Assembly (NCBI RefSeq): GCF_006345805.1
Contig: NC_043015.1
Coordinates: 24,924,001 to 24,988,000 of the forward strand
From: Octopus sinensis
Taxonomy: Eukaryota
DNA length: 64,000 bases
Reading direction: 5' to 3'
Notes under the pieces: generated by a model
Database searches by the model: none
Told to the model about the DNA's origin: nothing
The model's input: the letters and a program-made list of their open reading frames with translations, nothing else
Translations under genes and position numbers: made by a program
Part shown: piece after piece, positions 12,181-25,712 of the stretch
Numbering within the stretch: position 1 is the stretch's first letter
Layout of the letters: each line of letters opens with the position of its first letter

Positions 12181-12605
12181 ATACTCTTTTACCCTTTTAC
12201 TTGTTTCAGTCATTTGACTGCGGCCATGCTGGAGTACCGCCTTTAGTCAAATCAAATCGACCCCTGGACTTATTCTTTGTAAGCCTAGTACTTATTCTAT
12301 TGGTCTCTTTTGCCGAACTGCTAAGTTAGGGGGACCTAAACATACCAGCATCGGTTGTCAAGCGATTTGGTGGTGGTGGTGGGGGGGAGACAAACACAGA
12401 TCCACAACATATACACATACATACATATATATATACATATATACAACAGGCTTCTTTCAGTTTCCGTCTACCAAATCCACTCACATGGCTTTGGTCGGCC
12501 TGAGGCTATAGTAGAAGACACTTGCCCAAGGTGCCATGCAGTGGGACTGAAACTGGAACCATGTGGTTCGTAAGCAAGCTACTTACCATACAGCCACTCC
12601 TGTGC
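12181..12605 (-). mobile_element. tRNA-derived SINE, family B, with internal (TA/TG) microsatellite and (AAAGAGT)-type tail; second copy at 52045-52410 (-)
   Basis: Head ggagtggctgtatggtaagtagcttgcttac...gtttcagtcccactgc...ccttgggcaagtgtcttctac; body ...gactaaaggcggtactccagcatggccgcagtcaaatgactgaaacaagtaaaag. Confidence 0.8.
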
Positions 12606-13980
12606 CTAAATATATGTAAAAATATTATATATGATCATATCTATACATCTATATATACATATATACACACAAGCACGCACGCACACACACGTGTGCACAA
12701 AGTATGGTACTTACATTTTTTCCCTCTATCTCTCTATTACTCATCAATATTACTCATCTTCTATTACTCATCTTTGTTAAATATTCCTCTCTTTCTCGCT
12801 CTCTATGACTAAGATTCAATCACAAAAACAGCAACGCATGAATAGCAACAATGATGATGATGATGGTATTTCTAATAATAATGTTAACAGTGATGGCATT
12901 GTTAAATAATAGATTTTTGTGTATTATAGCTAATATGATATTATAAGTTCAAATTATACACCGTAATTCTCTTCGTTAATTTCTTTAACTTCATAAAAAG
13001 ATGTTTCTAATTTGATGGTGCCTACAATAGAATCAAGATAAATATATGTCTAGTTTCTTGTGTAGGTGAAAACAGACAAATATGTTCATTTCTTTCTTTC
13101 ACCCACCTCTCTCTCTCTCTCTCTCTCTCTGTATACACACACACACACCTTGCAGCAGACATGTATGTATGGTTAAGAAGCTTGCTTTAGAACAGTGTCA
13201 TTATTGTTTCAGTCTCAGAACATGAACGTTGTTGGCTAAGAGTCTGTACGATACCTTGGCAAACGACTTAAAGTGAAGTTGGTTGAGAGAAAGGGCAGAA
13301 ATTATTGATATCTATTTATCTGTACCTGTGTATATGTGTGTCTCTAATGTGTATGAGTGAGTTTGTATTTCTCCTCATCTTTATGTGTGATCACTAACTG
13401 TAAGGAAACAACATCTTCTCTATCAATACAGTTGGTGTCATTTGCTTGAAGTCAGCCACGGAGACATGCCCAGGCTTCTTCACACATTGTGCAGGCCTTT
13501 TGAATAAAAAAGCTTGATTAATTAGTGCTGTTTGCTTCCTGTTTACTGAATAAATAAGTCTAGGCTGTTCAGAAGACAAACAGATAATTATCTTGGTTAG
13601 AAACAGGTGAGAATTGGCAACAAAAAAGGCATCCAACTGTGAAAATCTACCTCATTAAATACAGTCTCATACAAGCATAGAAGAGTGGACATTAAAACGA
13701 TAATAGGAATGGACTGAAAGCAGCCAGGCAGAATGTTTGTTCTCTCCACTTAGATCTTTCATTGATCACTCTCCTACACCACCAAGAATCTCTCCTCCAC
13801 CACCAAGTACCTCTCCTCCACCATCATACAGCTCTCTCTTCCCGCCAATCACTAAATCTGCCCAATGCTCTTACAGCTACATGCTACATCTCCGAGAAAT
13901 CCCGTTAGTTGTAAACAAGTAGTTATGCCTAACACTTCAACTATATCATACACACAGGCACACAACACCACACACACACA

Positions 13981-14059
<79 letters not shown>

Positions 14060-14296
14060 AGGAGGATTTGAAAATGCAGAGGTCTTTTAAAGATGTTTTT
14101 TGACTTGACTGGTTTCACTTTTTTTAAAAAACGATTTTCAAAAGTAAAGTGCAAGGCTTTGTGTAGCCTTTGTGGTGTTAAAGCTTAGTTAACAGCTTTA
14201 AAAGACCTCTGCATTTTAAAATCTTCTTCCCTATATATTTCCACTCTTGTGGCACCTTCAAATTTTACTTTGTTTTATATATATATATTATATATA

Positions 14297-14351
<55 letters not shown>

Positions 14352-14352
<1 letters not shown>

Positions 14353-17040
14353 CATCATCATCATCATCATCATCATTTAACATCTGCTTTCCGTGCTAGT
14401 ATGGGTTGCACAATGTTGACTGAAGGCTGGCAAACCAGATGGCTGCACCAGGCTCGAGTCTTGATCTGGCAGAGTTTCTACAGCTGGATGCTCTTCCTAA
14501 CGCCAACCACTCCGAGAGTATAATGGGTGCTTTTTACGTGCCACCGCCATGGGGGCCAGTCAGCTGGTACAGGAAGAGACCTCACTCGAATCTTTTTACA
14601 CGTGCCACCAGCACAGGTGCCAGTAAGGCAATGCTGGTAACGATCACGCTTGAATGGTGCCCTTTTATGTGTCACAGGTAAGGAAGCCAGTTGGCTGCTC
14701 TGGCACTGATCATGCTCCGATGGTGTTCTTGGCACCCTACTAGCACAGGTATAAGTGCCAGTAAGGCGACACTGGTAACGATCATACTCGAATAGCCGCT
14801 TTGTCAATGATCACACTCGTGTGGTGCTCTGTGCACCCCGCTAGTACGGATGCCAGTCATAGAAATGATTTTGATTTTGATTTCACTTGCTTCAACAGGT
14901 CTTCGCAAGCAAAGTTTAGTGACCAAAGAAGGAAAAGGTACGCATAAGCGGGCTGGTTATGCCCCTGGCATAGGCCACAGGTTAAGGTCTCATCTGGCTT
15001 GCCGGGTCTTCTCGAGCATAGCATATTTCCAAAAGTCTCGGTCGCTAGTCATTTCTTTGGAGAGGCCTTATGTTCAAAGGTCATGCTTCACCACTTCATC
15101 CCAGGTCTTCCTGGGTCTACCTCTTACACAGGTTCCCTCAACCGCTAGGGTGTGGCACTTTCTCACACAGTTATCCTCATCCATTCTCACCACATGACCA
15201 TACCAGCACAGTCGTCTCTCTTGCACACTACATCTAATGCTTCTTAGGTCCAACTATTCTCTCGAGGTACTTACACACTGTTGAGTATGCACACTGACAT
15301 TACACATCCATCGAATGATACTGGCTTCATTCCTTGTAAGCTTATGCATATCCTCAGCAGTCACAGCCCATGTTTCACTGCCGTACAGCATGGCTGTTCA
15401 TACACATGCATCATACAGTCTACCTTTTACTCTGAGCGAGAGGCCCTTTGTCTCAAGCAGAGGTAAGAGCTCTCTGAACTTTGCCCAAGCTTTTCTTATA
15501 CTAGCAGCTACAGTTTCAGTGCACCCTCCTCTGCTACTGACATGGTCACCTAGGTAACGGAAGCTATCAACTACTTCTAGTTTTTCTCCCTGGCATGTGG
15601 CGGAAGTTGCTCTCTGCGCATTTTCAGTGTTTATCGCTCCCGAGCATCTGCCACATACAGAACCTATCTTCCCAGTTAGCCTTCCTTTGATATTACTGCA
15701 CCTCTTATGTGTCCATAGCTTACACTGGGTACATCTTATAGAGTTTCTACCTACCACTCTACAACAGATCGTGAAGGGCCATCTACCTGAAGGGATTTGT
15801 GGTTTGCCTGCCTTCCTACTTATTAGGAATTTGGTTTTAGCTAGGTTGACTCTAAGGCCCTTCGATTCTAATCCTTGTTTCCACACTTGAAACTTCTTCT
15901 CTAGTTCTGATAGTGACTCAGCAATTAGAGCAAGGGCGTCAGCACAGAGGGAGCTCCCAGGGGCATCCTGTCTTGAATTCCTCCATTAATGCCTGGAGGA
16001 CTATGATAAATAGGAGGGGGCTGAGGACTGAACCTTGGTGGACCTCTACCTCTACCCGGAATTCTTCACTGTACTCGTTGCCAACCCTCACCTTACTGAC
16101 AGTGTCCATGTACATGGCTTGCACAGCTCTCACTAACCATTCATCTATCCCTAGTTTCCTCATTGACCACCAGATAAGGAATCGGAGGACCCTGTCAAAG
16201 GCTTTCTCCATGTCAACGAAAGCCAGGTACAAGGTCATATCTTTGGCTAGGTATTTCTCCTGCAGCTGTCTCATCAGAAATATGGCATCAGTGGGGCTTT
16301 TCCATGGCACAAATCAAACTGCATCTCATCCAATTTTACTCTCTCCCTAATCAGTTGGGCCTGGGGCTTTCCCAGTCTTCATGCTTCTAATTGCCTTAAC
16401 TACCAAGGAACTGTCAACTCAGATAGCTGGTCCCTCTGTTGGGTCAACATTCGGTAGACTCTCTTTATCCCATTCATTTTCTTTATTCAGCAACCTTTCA
16501 TAGTGGCGTCTCCAAACCTCTCTCTTTGCATCCTCATTTAGCACAAGTGAACTGTCATCCATGCGAACACATTTCTCTCCTACCACATCACTCTTACACA
16601 CTGTCTTCCAACACGAAATACCTCAAGTCTTTCATCCTCATGGCGCAGAACATTGGCAATTTTTTTCTTATCTGCTTCCTCTCTGACTAAATAAACCTGC
16701 CGCCTAGCTTCCCTTCTGGCAGTCTGATACGCTTCCCTGCTACCACCGTTTTTCCAGTCCTTCCAAGCCTGTTTCTTTTGTCTAATAGCCCTGTCAACAA
16801 TATTGTTCCACCACCACGTTATTTTGGGTCAAGAGGGGACTTTGCACCATCCACAGATCTGGTCGGTGGCCCTTAGCAGGTTGTCCTGTAGGAACCTCCA
16901 GTTGTCTTCTACCCCATGTGAAGCTATTTCCCCTTCTATTTCGTCAAAGACTTTGAGTAATATGTCTCTGAAACTCTCAACTTGCGGGATCTTTAAGTCT
17001 CCAGACCATTCTTCTCTTTGCTGGTCATCTTCTGGGCATC
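14352..17040 (-). mobile_element. 5'-truncated, internally deleted RTE LINE (copy 2)
   Basis: Minus-strand ORFs 16419-16601, 15939-16310 and 15398-15886 are homologous to copy 1. There is a ~230-bp deletion at ~16360 (GKAPG joined to QLIRE), a divergent 3' array at 14520-14850 and a (CAT)n tail at 14352. Confidence 0.93.
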
Positions 17041-17056
17041 CATATGTATGTATATG

Positions 17057-17115
<59 letters not shown>

Positions 17116-17190
17116 ATGTATGTATATATATATATATGTATGTATGTATATGTATGTATATATATATATATATGTATGTATGTATATATA

Positions 17191-17242
<52 letters not shown>

Positions 17243-17262
17243 ATATATGTATATACATATAT

Positions 17263-18174
17263 AGAGTGAAAAAAACTACAGAAGCTTGTTTTATAAGGTT
17301 AAAGAATATATTTAAGTCGTCATGTTAGAAAAATGTTATGAAATTTTGTGTATAGTAACATAGTTTTTGGAGAAATAACCGGTTTCATGTAAACTTTTCA
17401 AATTTCTCAAATTTCTTTACCTATATCTCGTCATGTCTTCGTTATGAAGTGCAAAGAGGAGTTCCAGGCAGGGGGGAGGCAATGAGGGATTTCTTCCGGT
17501 ATAAGGGAGATAATCGCTTTATATTTTTTTATTTTTTTCAATGAGATGAGTTTCTCTGTATAAGAATGTTAGGATGGTTAAGTTTAGGCTTATATTTTTC
17601 AATGAAGAATGTTTCCTTGTTTAATCTAATTTGTGTTGGTGTTCCACTAGCACATTGATAGAATGGAAAGATTAAAAATCGTGGAAGTAGTTGCTTTGCG
17701 CATTTCTCAATATGCTCACTAAAGAGTATCATTCTGTATTCTGGGAATGCAATCTGTTGTTGATGCTGAGTGCATCTGCATCTGAGTGATAATCCAGTGG
17801 ACCCTACGTAGTTTTGGTGGCAGCCCGAGCATCTTATGACATAAATTATGTTTTCAGAAGCACAAGTAAAATTAGATTTGATCTTGAATTTTTGTCCCTC
17901 TTTCAAAAGGAAATCTGATCCTTGCAGAAGGTTTGGGCATGTTGCGCAGTTTGGTCTACAACGTTTTTTAAACTTTTGCATCCGTAATTTCAGAAAACAA
18001 TTTTGCCTTTGTGAGAATCTTTTTTAGTGATTTAAGTTGTTTGTAGCTTTTAATGATTTTATGTATATTTAGAATTTCCTTTAATTTGGGGTCCTTATGA
18101 AGTATTGGTAAATTCTGGGTGATGACGATGAAGGCTTCTTTATTTCTGGGGTTGTATGTGGATATGTAAGGCAG
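17263..18174 (-). mobile_element. Penelope-like element 3' part: RT thumb/linker + GIY-YIG endonuclease + 3' UTR
   Basis: LPYISTYNPRNKEA...LPILHKDPKLKEIL...SYKQLKSLKKILTKAK, followed by ORF 17538-17981 with C..C linker, NIIYVIRCSGCHQNYVGST (GIY-YIG-like), L..R..QH, EHIEKC and E.FFI.KY.PKLN. Confidence 0.9.
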
Positions 18175-18927
18175 ACACTACCCAGTTCAACTCAGAGAGG
18201 ATGGGATCAGACGTGCAACAGAAATCGACATAAAAACTTTGAGAAAAGTTAAACACAACAACACACCTTCCCCGAAAATACTGCCTTACATATCCACATA
18301 AATTCAAGATCAAATCTAATTTTACTTGTGCTTCTGAAAACATAATTTATGTCATAAGATACTCGGGCTGCCACCAAAACTACGTAGGGTCCACTGGATT
18401 ATCACTCAGATGCAGATGCACTCAGCATCAACAACAGATTGCATTCCCAGAATACAGAATGATACTCTTTAGTGAGCATATTGAGAAATGCGCAAAGCAA
18501 CTACTGCCACAATTTTTAATCTTTCCATTCTATCAGTGTGCTATTGGAACACCAACACAAATTAGATTAAACAAGGAAACATTCTTCATTGAAAAATATA
18601 AGCCTAAACTTAACCATCCTAACATTCTTATACAGAGAAACTCATCTCATTGAAAAAAAGAAAAAATATAAAGCAATTATCTCCCTTATACCGGAAGAAA
18701 TCCCTCATTGCCTCCCCCTTGCCTGGAACTCCTCTTTGCACTTCATAACGAAGACATGACACGATATAGGTAAAGAAATTTAAGAAATTTTAAAAGTTTA
18801 CATGAAACCGGTTATTTCTCCAAAAACTATGTTACTATACACAAAATTTCATAACATTTTTCTAACATAACGACTTAAATATATTCTTTAACCTTATAAA
18901 ACAAGCCTGCTGTAGTTTTTTCACTCT
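18175..18927 (+). mobile_element. Inverted, internally deleted second copy of the same Penelope-like element
   Basis: 18301-18927 is a near-exact reverse complement of 17263-17890. 18175-18300 encodes HYPVQLREDGIRRATEIDIKTLRKVK...ILPYIST. Confidence 0.9.
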
Positions 18928-18978
18928 TTTCAATTTTTTATACATCCAACCACGTGCTTTCTCACACCAACTTTCTCA

Positions 18979-19035
<57 letters not shown>

Positions 19036-19066
19036 ATGTGTGTTTGTGTATGTATGTATATATATA

Positions 19067-19109
<43 letters not shown>

Positions 19110-21100
19110 GCTTATATATCTGAGTAGCTGTGTAGCTACCTTACAAAAAGGCTCCTTGTTATTCACTTCAACCCATTATCCCCTAATACAGAGCTGCCTC
19201 CTCCTCTACTGTATTCCTACTCAGTTGAAGTGATACTTAATCTTGCAGGATGTATGGTAAACACTAATGCTGGTGCCATGCGAAAGACACCCAGTGCATG
19301 CTATCCAATGGTTGTCATTAGGAAGGGTATCCTGCTGTAGAAGCCTTGCCAAAGTAAACATTGGAGCATGTTGTGGTCTTTGAACCCATCGGATCTCATC
19401 AACTCATCTAACCCGTGCCGCATGGATCACTAAGTCTAAATGATGCTAAAGATACTGATAACGATATGTATTTATATATCACACACACACACACATACAC
19501 ACTTGCAAGAGTGTGTTTAAACATGCGTACGGACATACATATATATGTATCATTTGAAATCTGTTTCCTATTTACAAGATTTTGTTAATGGATATAATTA
19601 ATTAGAAATAATCGAAAGACAAATATTAATAATCTGAAGACTTAACAAAATAATTCCTAGTTCCTCAACTTGTCCGTTACTTTAATTATCAGTCACAACA
19701 TAAACAGAAATGACTTCCAATCCAATTTCACTTTTTTCAACACAATTCTATTACTTTCATAATGATTTGAGTTAATTAATTGAGTTGTGCACACAATGTT
19801 TCATATATATTACAAGCACACACACACATGCACACACTCATACATACAACAAACATATGTATATATATGTACATTTCTATATTTTCATGATGTTAATCTA
19901 TACATATGCGAATATCAATGTACTTACTCTTATGTATTTGTGATTGTGCATGTGTGTGTAAGTGCATGCATATATGCATATATAAATATTTATGTTTCTA
20001 TATCTATATATCTACTTACACACATACACACGCAAACATATACACACATACACATATATTTATATATATATATATATATACATATATCACTAATAGAAAC
20101 ACAGAAGCACCTGTACACACATAGATTTATTAAAATATATATAAACACAAATGCACGTGCATACACATACATACATGCACGCACATGCACACACGCACAC
20201 ACACACACATGCTCACACACTCACACACACACGCACACGCACGCACACACACACACACACACAAATCTTAATTTGTTTGCATTCTAAGCATCAACCTGTT
20301 CCATCTTGATGTGTCTAATCAATAATTATTAATATCAAAATGTATTAATTACTCCACTGTTATGAAAATAAGCTAATTACAAACCAACTACTTGACTATC
20401 TGAAAAAAAAACATAATAATTAAAAAATATGTTATATATTCTGTGTGCAGGTGCTTGTATTAATAATATATTTTGCTCTAAGAAACGTTATTTATATATT
20501 TAGGAAAGAAACTTTTTTTTAAATATCTGGAAAAATAAAATATAATAAAACAGCACAAATCTGGTAAACTTCTTTTCCAAGTATATTGTCTGTTGGAGTT
20601 GTATATTATCAGAATATACTAAACTTAAAATAGTGCATCTCAAATGTTAGTCATCGTGTTCAAGTTCCTAGCACAGATCATATTTTTGCTGTTGGTTCAT
20701 CACACCAGACACACGAGTAATTGAGAGGATGGAATAGAACAGACAATGAAAGGCAATGCATGATTGATAGGCCAGAATATAATATGTACTGAATTGCTCT
20801 TTAATCATTGTCTGGAGGAAAACTTCAACTAATTCAAAATACTTTTGTTTCCTCAGAATTCATTTATCTAAATCTATGATAGTGTCACTCTTTAGTTATT
20901 CTTCTTGATTCATTTTATTTTCTTTTATTTGTGCATCATTTGTTATACATATGAAAAAAAAAAATCTATAATCAGTATATCAGAGACAGGCTTGATTAGA
21001 TTATATGATGATAAAGTCTAATAAGACTGAAACATCTGCAGAGTAGTTCCCCTTGAATAGAATGGATCATGAAATATATAACTCACTTTTGTGAACTTAC

Positions 21101-21158
21101 TCCCTACTTTTAAAGTTATCTTCCATTTTATTTACAATTAATGCCAGAAGTGAAATTT
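21101..21158 (-). CDS. Candidate host-gene exon (EISLLALIVNKMEDNFKSR)
   Basis: ttaacag| acceptor, |gtaagt donor, 58-bp open frame (phase 1 to 2); unique sequence. Confidence 0.3.
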
Positions 21159-24100
21159 CTGTTAATCCACAAGTTATTATAAGTATCATTTGGTGCACCA
21201 TCCCTAATTTACTTATATGGGGATAATATAACAAGTTTAATTAATTATCAATATTTCTCTGTTTTTGACATCTTCATCAGCACTGAGTATAAAATCAACA
21301 GTTTATGAGGACTTTATCTTTCTATTTGAATTCACGCTTTGCATAAATTCCTTTTTGAAACTATTTAGATATTTCATTAGTTTTGGTCTTTGAAAAAAGA
21401 TCATAAAATTGCTTTTAAATTAATTTGACAGTATTGATTTCTAATATAAGTTTTTCCGATTTTGATATAATGAAGTGATGAAATGATACTGTGGCATCTC
21501 TAAGTTTGTTCTTCTCAACAACATTGGTCATTTTTAGGGCACAACCAATTCCCTGCAATCACTCTGCAGCTTGCTGCAACTCAATCCCCAGATCACTGCT
21601 ACTGACAGGCTGTTACTTCATTGTGTCTTCAGTTGTCATGAGAATGGCTTTTGCCCTTTTCAATTTAGCTTTCTTCTCATTCATTCCAGCACTGGCCTTT
21701 CCAGCATGACTCTTCTTTATTTTTTATCAGTTGTATTATGCCTTGTGCTACAGGTTTTGCTTTGAGTTCAAACCACACCATGGTCAGATTAGCCTTTCTT
21801 TCGTGGGGGTCAAGGAAAATTTATTTATTGATGCCAAGTAATAGACTGGCAGAACTATAAGAATATCAAACCAGATATTTTATGGCATTTGTCTCATCTC
21901 TATGTGTTCCTGTGACCATATCTGCAACTCTTGGCTGGTGTTTCTAGTAGAAGTAGCTCTCTTCAATACTGACTTCTCTTTTTGTTTTGTTTTTGTGCTG
22001 TTTTTCTTTTTGAATTCCACAAAAATTCCTAAAGCTTTCAGAATAACAAGCATGCAAGAAATATGAAGCTCATATATTTAAGAAGATAATTACTTCTATT
22101 TCTTCTAGTGAGTGGTGGTGGGAGGTTATTGCTATGCTTGATATTTCCATTATAAAATCGAAAAAAACCCTTCTGGCTGACTTTGAACCCAAAGGTGCAA
22201 GCATGTTAAGTGATTTGTTTCCTGACCATGTGCTTTTTAGTCCAATCGCCAATTTTCTACGGCTGGATGCCCTTCCTGTCACCAACCCTTTTTAGTTTTC
22301 ACAGAAGATGGGAAATGAAGGACACCAATTGTACCACAGTGATTGCTCACTCACAACTATCATGCAATGTCGAGAAAGGACAGTATAAAACACACACAAC
22401 AAGCTTCCACACAGTTTTCTTCAACAAAATCAACTCATAAAACTTTGAATGACTTGAGAAGACACTTGCCCAAGGTGCCACAGAGTAGGACTGAACCTGA
22501 TGCCTTATGGTAGGGGAGAAAACTTATTACCCACACAGCCATGCCTGTACCAACATGAATGACAGAGAATATACCAATCACTGACGAACAAGAAACCAAG
22601 AAAATCCCAGGGTGGAACTGAAGTTGGCAAATAAGAGGAGAAAATTGATTGCTGGGAGATATTTAGTCCCAATACACTAAACTTCTCCATGAAGAATCTT
22701 TAACATAGAATCTAATTTAAAATATTAATTGAAAACAAACAATTAAGAAGGTAGATTGTCTTATACTGAAATATGACTAAAATCTCAATTATCTCGCTAA
22801 TACAAATTTACATTTCGGTGAAATAAATAATTAAACAAACAAAAAATAACCCAAAATTATTACACCATTTTTTCTATGTATTTATTTATACATTATGACT
22901 GGATATATAATTCTGATATAATTTAATAAATAGAAATACTAGATTAATCTGCCGAATAAATTTCATTTACCTTTTGAAATTTTAAATTGAATTTCAAATA
23001 GAAAAAGAAAAATACATTTTTGATTACAGTTTCTGTATAATCTTAAATATTCTAGAGAGTGATATGCTGTAAAATAAATGAGTAAACTGTAGCCAAATGC
23101 TACAATATCCTAAAAAAACCCACAAAGAATAACAAAAGAAAAGCTATTTTGGTTACTAATTAATTCAGTCAAGCAATCGAACAAGATTTCAAGTGAATTC
23201 ACTGATTTCTTAAGAAATTAATCCAAATCCAAAGTAAATATTCCGTTAGTGGCTTTCTCTCAGACTGTCTGTTCCTTTGTTTCAAGATTTTGTTTGTAAT
23301 TTCTTTTAAAATTATTAATTGAAAACTAAATTTGAAAAAATACTAAGAAACAATGATATTTAAATAAGTATTTCTTGTTTTAATATTTTCAAAATATTCT
23401 AAGCCGAAAAAATGATAGAATAATAAGTTGTGGCCAAACATACTAAGGACATCATTACAATGTAGTGAGACAAGTTAATCAAAATGAAGCCTAATTAAAC
23501 TTCAGTTTGTAACAAGCATCAATATATTTGTTTCAACTGATAAACATTTTAATTAGATATTAATATTATTATGCATTATCAATATTATTGTCTCCTTCCT
23601 CCAGTCTTTTTGTCAAACTTTAATTATTATGATTGAGTTTTCATTCTAAGCTCAAAACCTACCAAGGTCAATTTTGCTTTTCATCCATTTGGTGCTGATA
23701 AAAGGGAGTACCAGTCAAATATTGGGGGTCAATGTAATCAAGGAAACTCCTCCTACACAATTTCATGCCTTGTCTCTATTTTAGAAAGAGTTATTATCTT
23801 ATAATAATTCTGCTTGTCATTGCATTACTTAGCCCATTGGTTACGCTTTCATGTGATTAGAGCAAAAGAGGGAGAGACAGAAAAGAGGGAGAGAGAATGA
23901 GAGGGAAGGAGAAAAAGAAAGAGGGAGAGAGGAAAATAGAAAGAGAGAGAAGCATCCGTGATGTGAGATAGGGGAAACATAATGATTTTAGCAGAGGGGT
24001 GATGTTCTGATGGTGAAGTTAAAGAAAGACAGAGAAAGTGAGGGGAAATAGAGCAAGGAAGGAAAGAAAGAGGAGAAAAAGAGAGGAGGGAAAGAGATGA

Positions 24101-24574
24101 TGATGGTGGTGGTAGTGATTAGATAGTGAAAAGTGTATTTTTTTAATTGAACTTCCTCATATCACCTATCATTTAACACATGCATGTAAGTGCAATTCCA
24201 TGAAATATTCACGCTTATTTATGTGGCAGACATATGCAATTTAAATAAAGGTTGTATCACATGTACAGGATATTTGGGGTTTTTTTTCTTCCTTTATGGG
24301 AAACATGGAAAAATAAGAGTGAATATTTATTTTGAGTACTGTGATTTAAGTCTATAAAACTGTTCAGAAATTATATAAAGTGGATTAAGTAATCATCCTA
24401 TTCCAATTTCCTTCACTTTCCTGTGATTAGCAGATGAGTGACCATCTTTCCATACAGACATAACACAGGCTACACTTTCAGGTTTTTTGGATAAAACTTT
24501 CAGAAATAACACCATTGATTTATTATTAATTCCATGAAATATTCGTGGATTCCATTGGATATGAAGGTGCACTA

Positions 24575-24800
24575 TCCAAACATGATCGATGCCAGGCCTG
24601 CCTGACTGGCTCCTGTGCCGGTGGCATGTAAAAAGCACCCACTACACACTTGGAGTGGTTGGTGTTAGGAATGACATCCAGCTGTAGAAACCTTGCCAAA
24701 TCAGATTGGAGCCTGGTGCAGCTGCTGGCTCTCCAGACCTCAGTCAAAACGTCCAACCCATGCCAGCATGGAAAACGGACGTTAAACAATGATGATAATG
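24575..24800 (+). mobile_element. RTE 3'-tail-only insertion (one array unit + terminal domain + (GAT)n). Similar copies: 19255-19450 +, 47350-47630 +, 49905-50130 -, 57500-57660 +, 58470-58620 +
   Basis: cctgtgccggtggcatgtaaaaagcacccactacac...ggaatgacatccagctgtagaaac...ccaacccatgccagcatggaaaacggacgttaaac. Confidence 0.85.
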
Positions 24801-25159
24801 AGGATGTACCAAGCTGGCAGAATTGTTAGAGCAATGGACAAAATACTGATCATCATTTCTCGAAGCTCTTTAGATTCTGAGTTCAGATACCACTGAAGTC
24901 AAATTTGTCTTTGATCTTTTTGGAGATAAAATAGCAGTCATGTGCTAGGGTTGAAGTCATTGTCTAATCCCTAACCCTAAAATTCCTAGTCTTGTGCCAG
25001 AATTTGAAACAATCATTACCATTATTAAAGGAGCAAATAGGCAGAATCCCTACAGTGTCAGAAAAATTGCTTTCCAGTCTTAATTTTGGTCCTGGAAAGT
25101 TTTGGCATTTATAAGCAGCCATCTTTGCCTTTTTCAGGTGAGGATGTAGTCAATCTGAC

Positions 25160-25712
25160 TAGTGTGTCTGCCCGAGCGGTAGGTAACTAGGTGACTGGCA
25201 GGTTTTCTGAAGTTAGTATTGCAAACCATAAGATCATTTGCGTCTCAGAACTCCAGCAGCCTGGTTCCCGCCTCATTGCGAGTGCCAAAACCGTAGCCTC
25301 CATGTATGCCATGGAAACCCCCAACATGTTGTCCAACATGTCCATTGAAGTCACGAGCCACAATGAGAAGGTCCCTATCATTCATCAATGCGGTAGTCTG
25401 CAAGAGGGTGTCATAGAATCGGTCTTTCTGTCCATTGGGTAGCCCTGGCTGAGGGGCATAGGCCGAGATAATGGCTGCTAACCCATGGTGGAGCACTAAT
25501 CTAATCTTAAGTATTCTGTCACATACCCTGACTACCTCAATTACCTTATCTACCCATTTCTCCGCAAGAAGTATACCCACACCTCCAATCCCGTCAGTGT
25601 CCCCTGGCCAGAAAATCTGGTACCTGTGTTCTTTACCTGTGAGGAACCTAGCAGAACCTCCTCTCCTCCTAACTTCTTGGATGCAGCACATATCAACACA
25701 TCTCCGTTCAAG
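25160..25712 (-). mobile_element. RTE APE-domain fragment (copy 3)
   Basis: ORF 25245-25739 (ILERRCVDMCCIQEVR...ISAYAPQ...DFNGHVG) is homologous to the copy 1 N-terminus. Confidence 0.92.

Noticed and set aside
18748-18813. Hammerhead ribozyme in the Penelope 3' region (acgaagacatg...catgaaaccggtt)
   Set aside because: GAAACCGGT is hammerhead-like, but the core reads ACGAAGA instead of CTGANGA and stem II is poor. At best it is a degenerate relic; an Infernal search would settle it.
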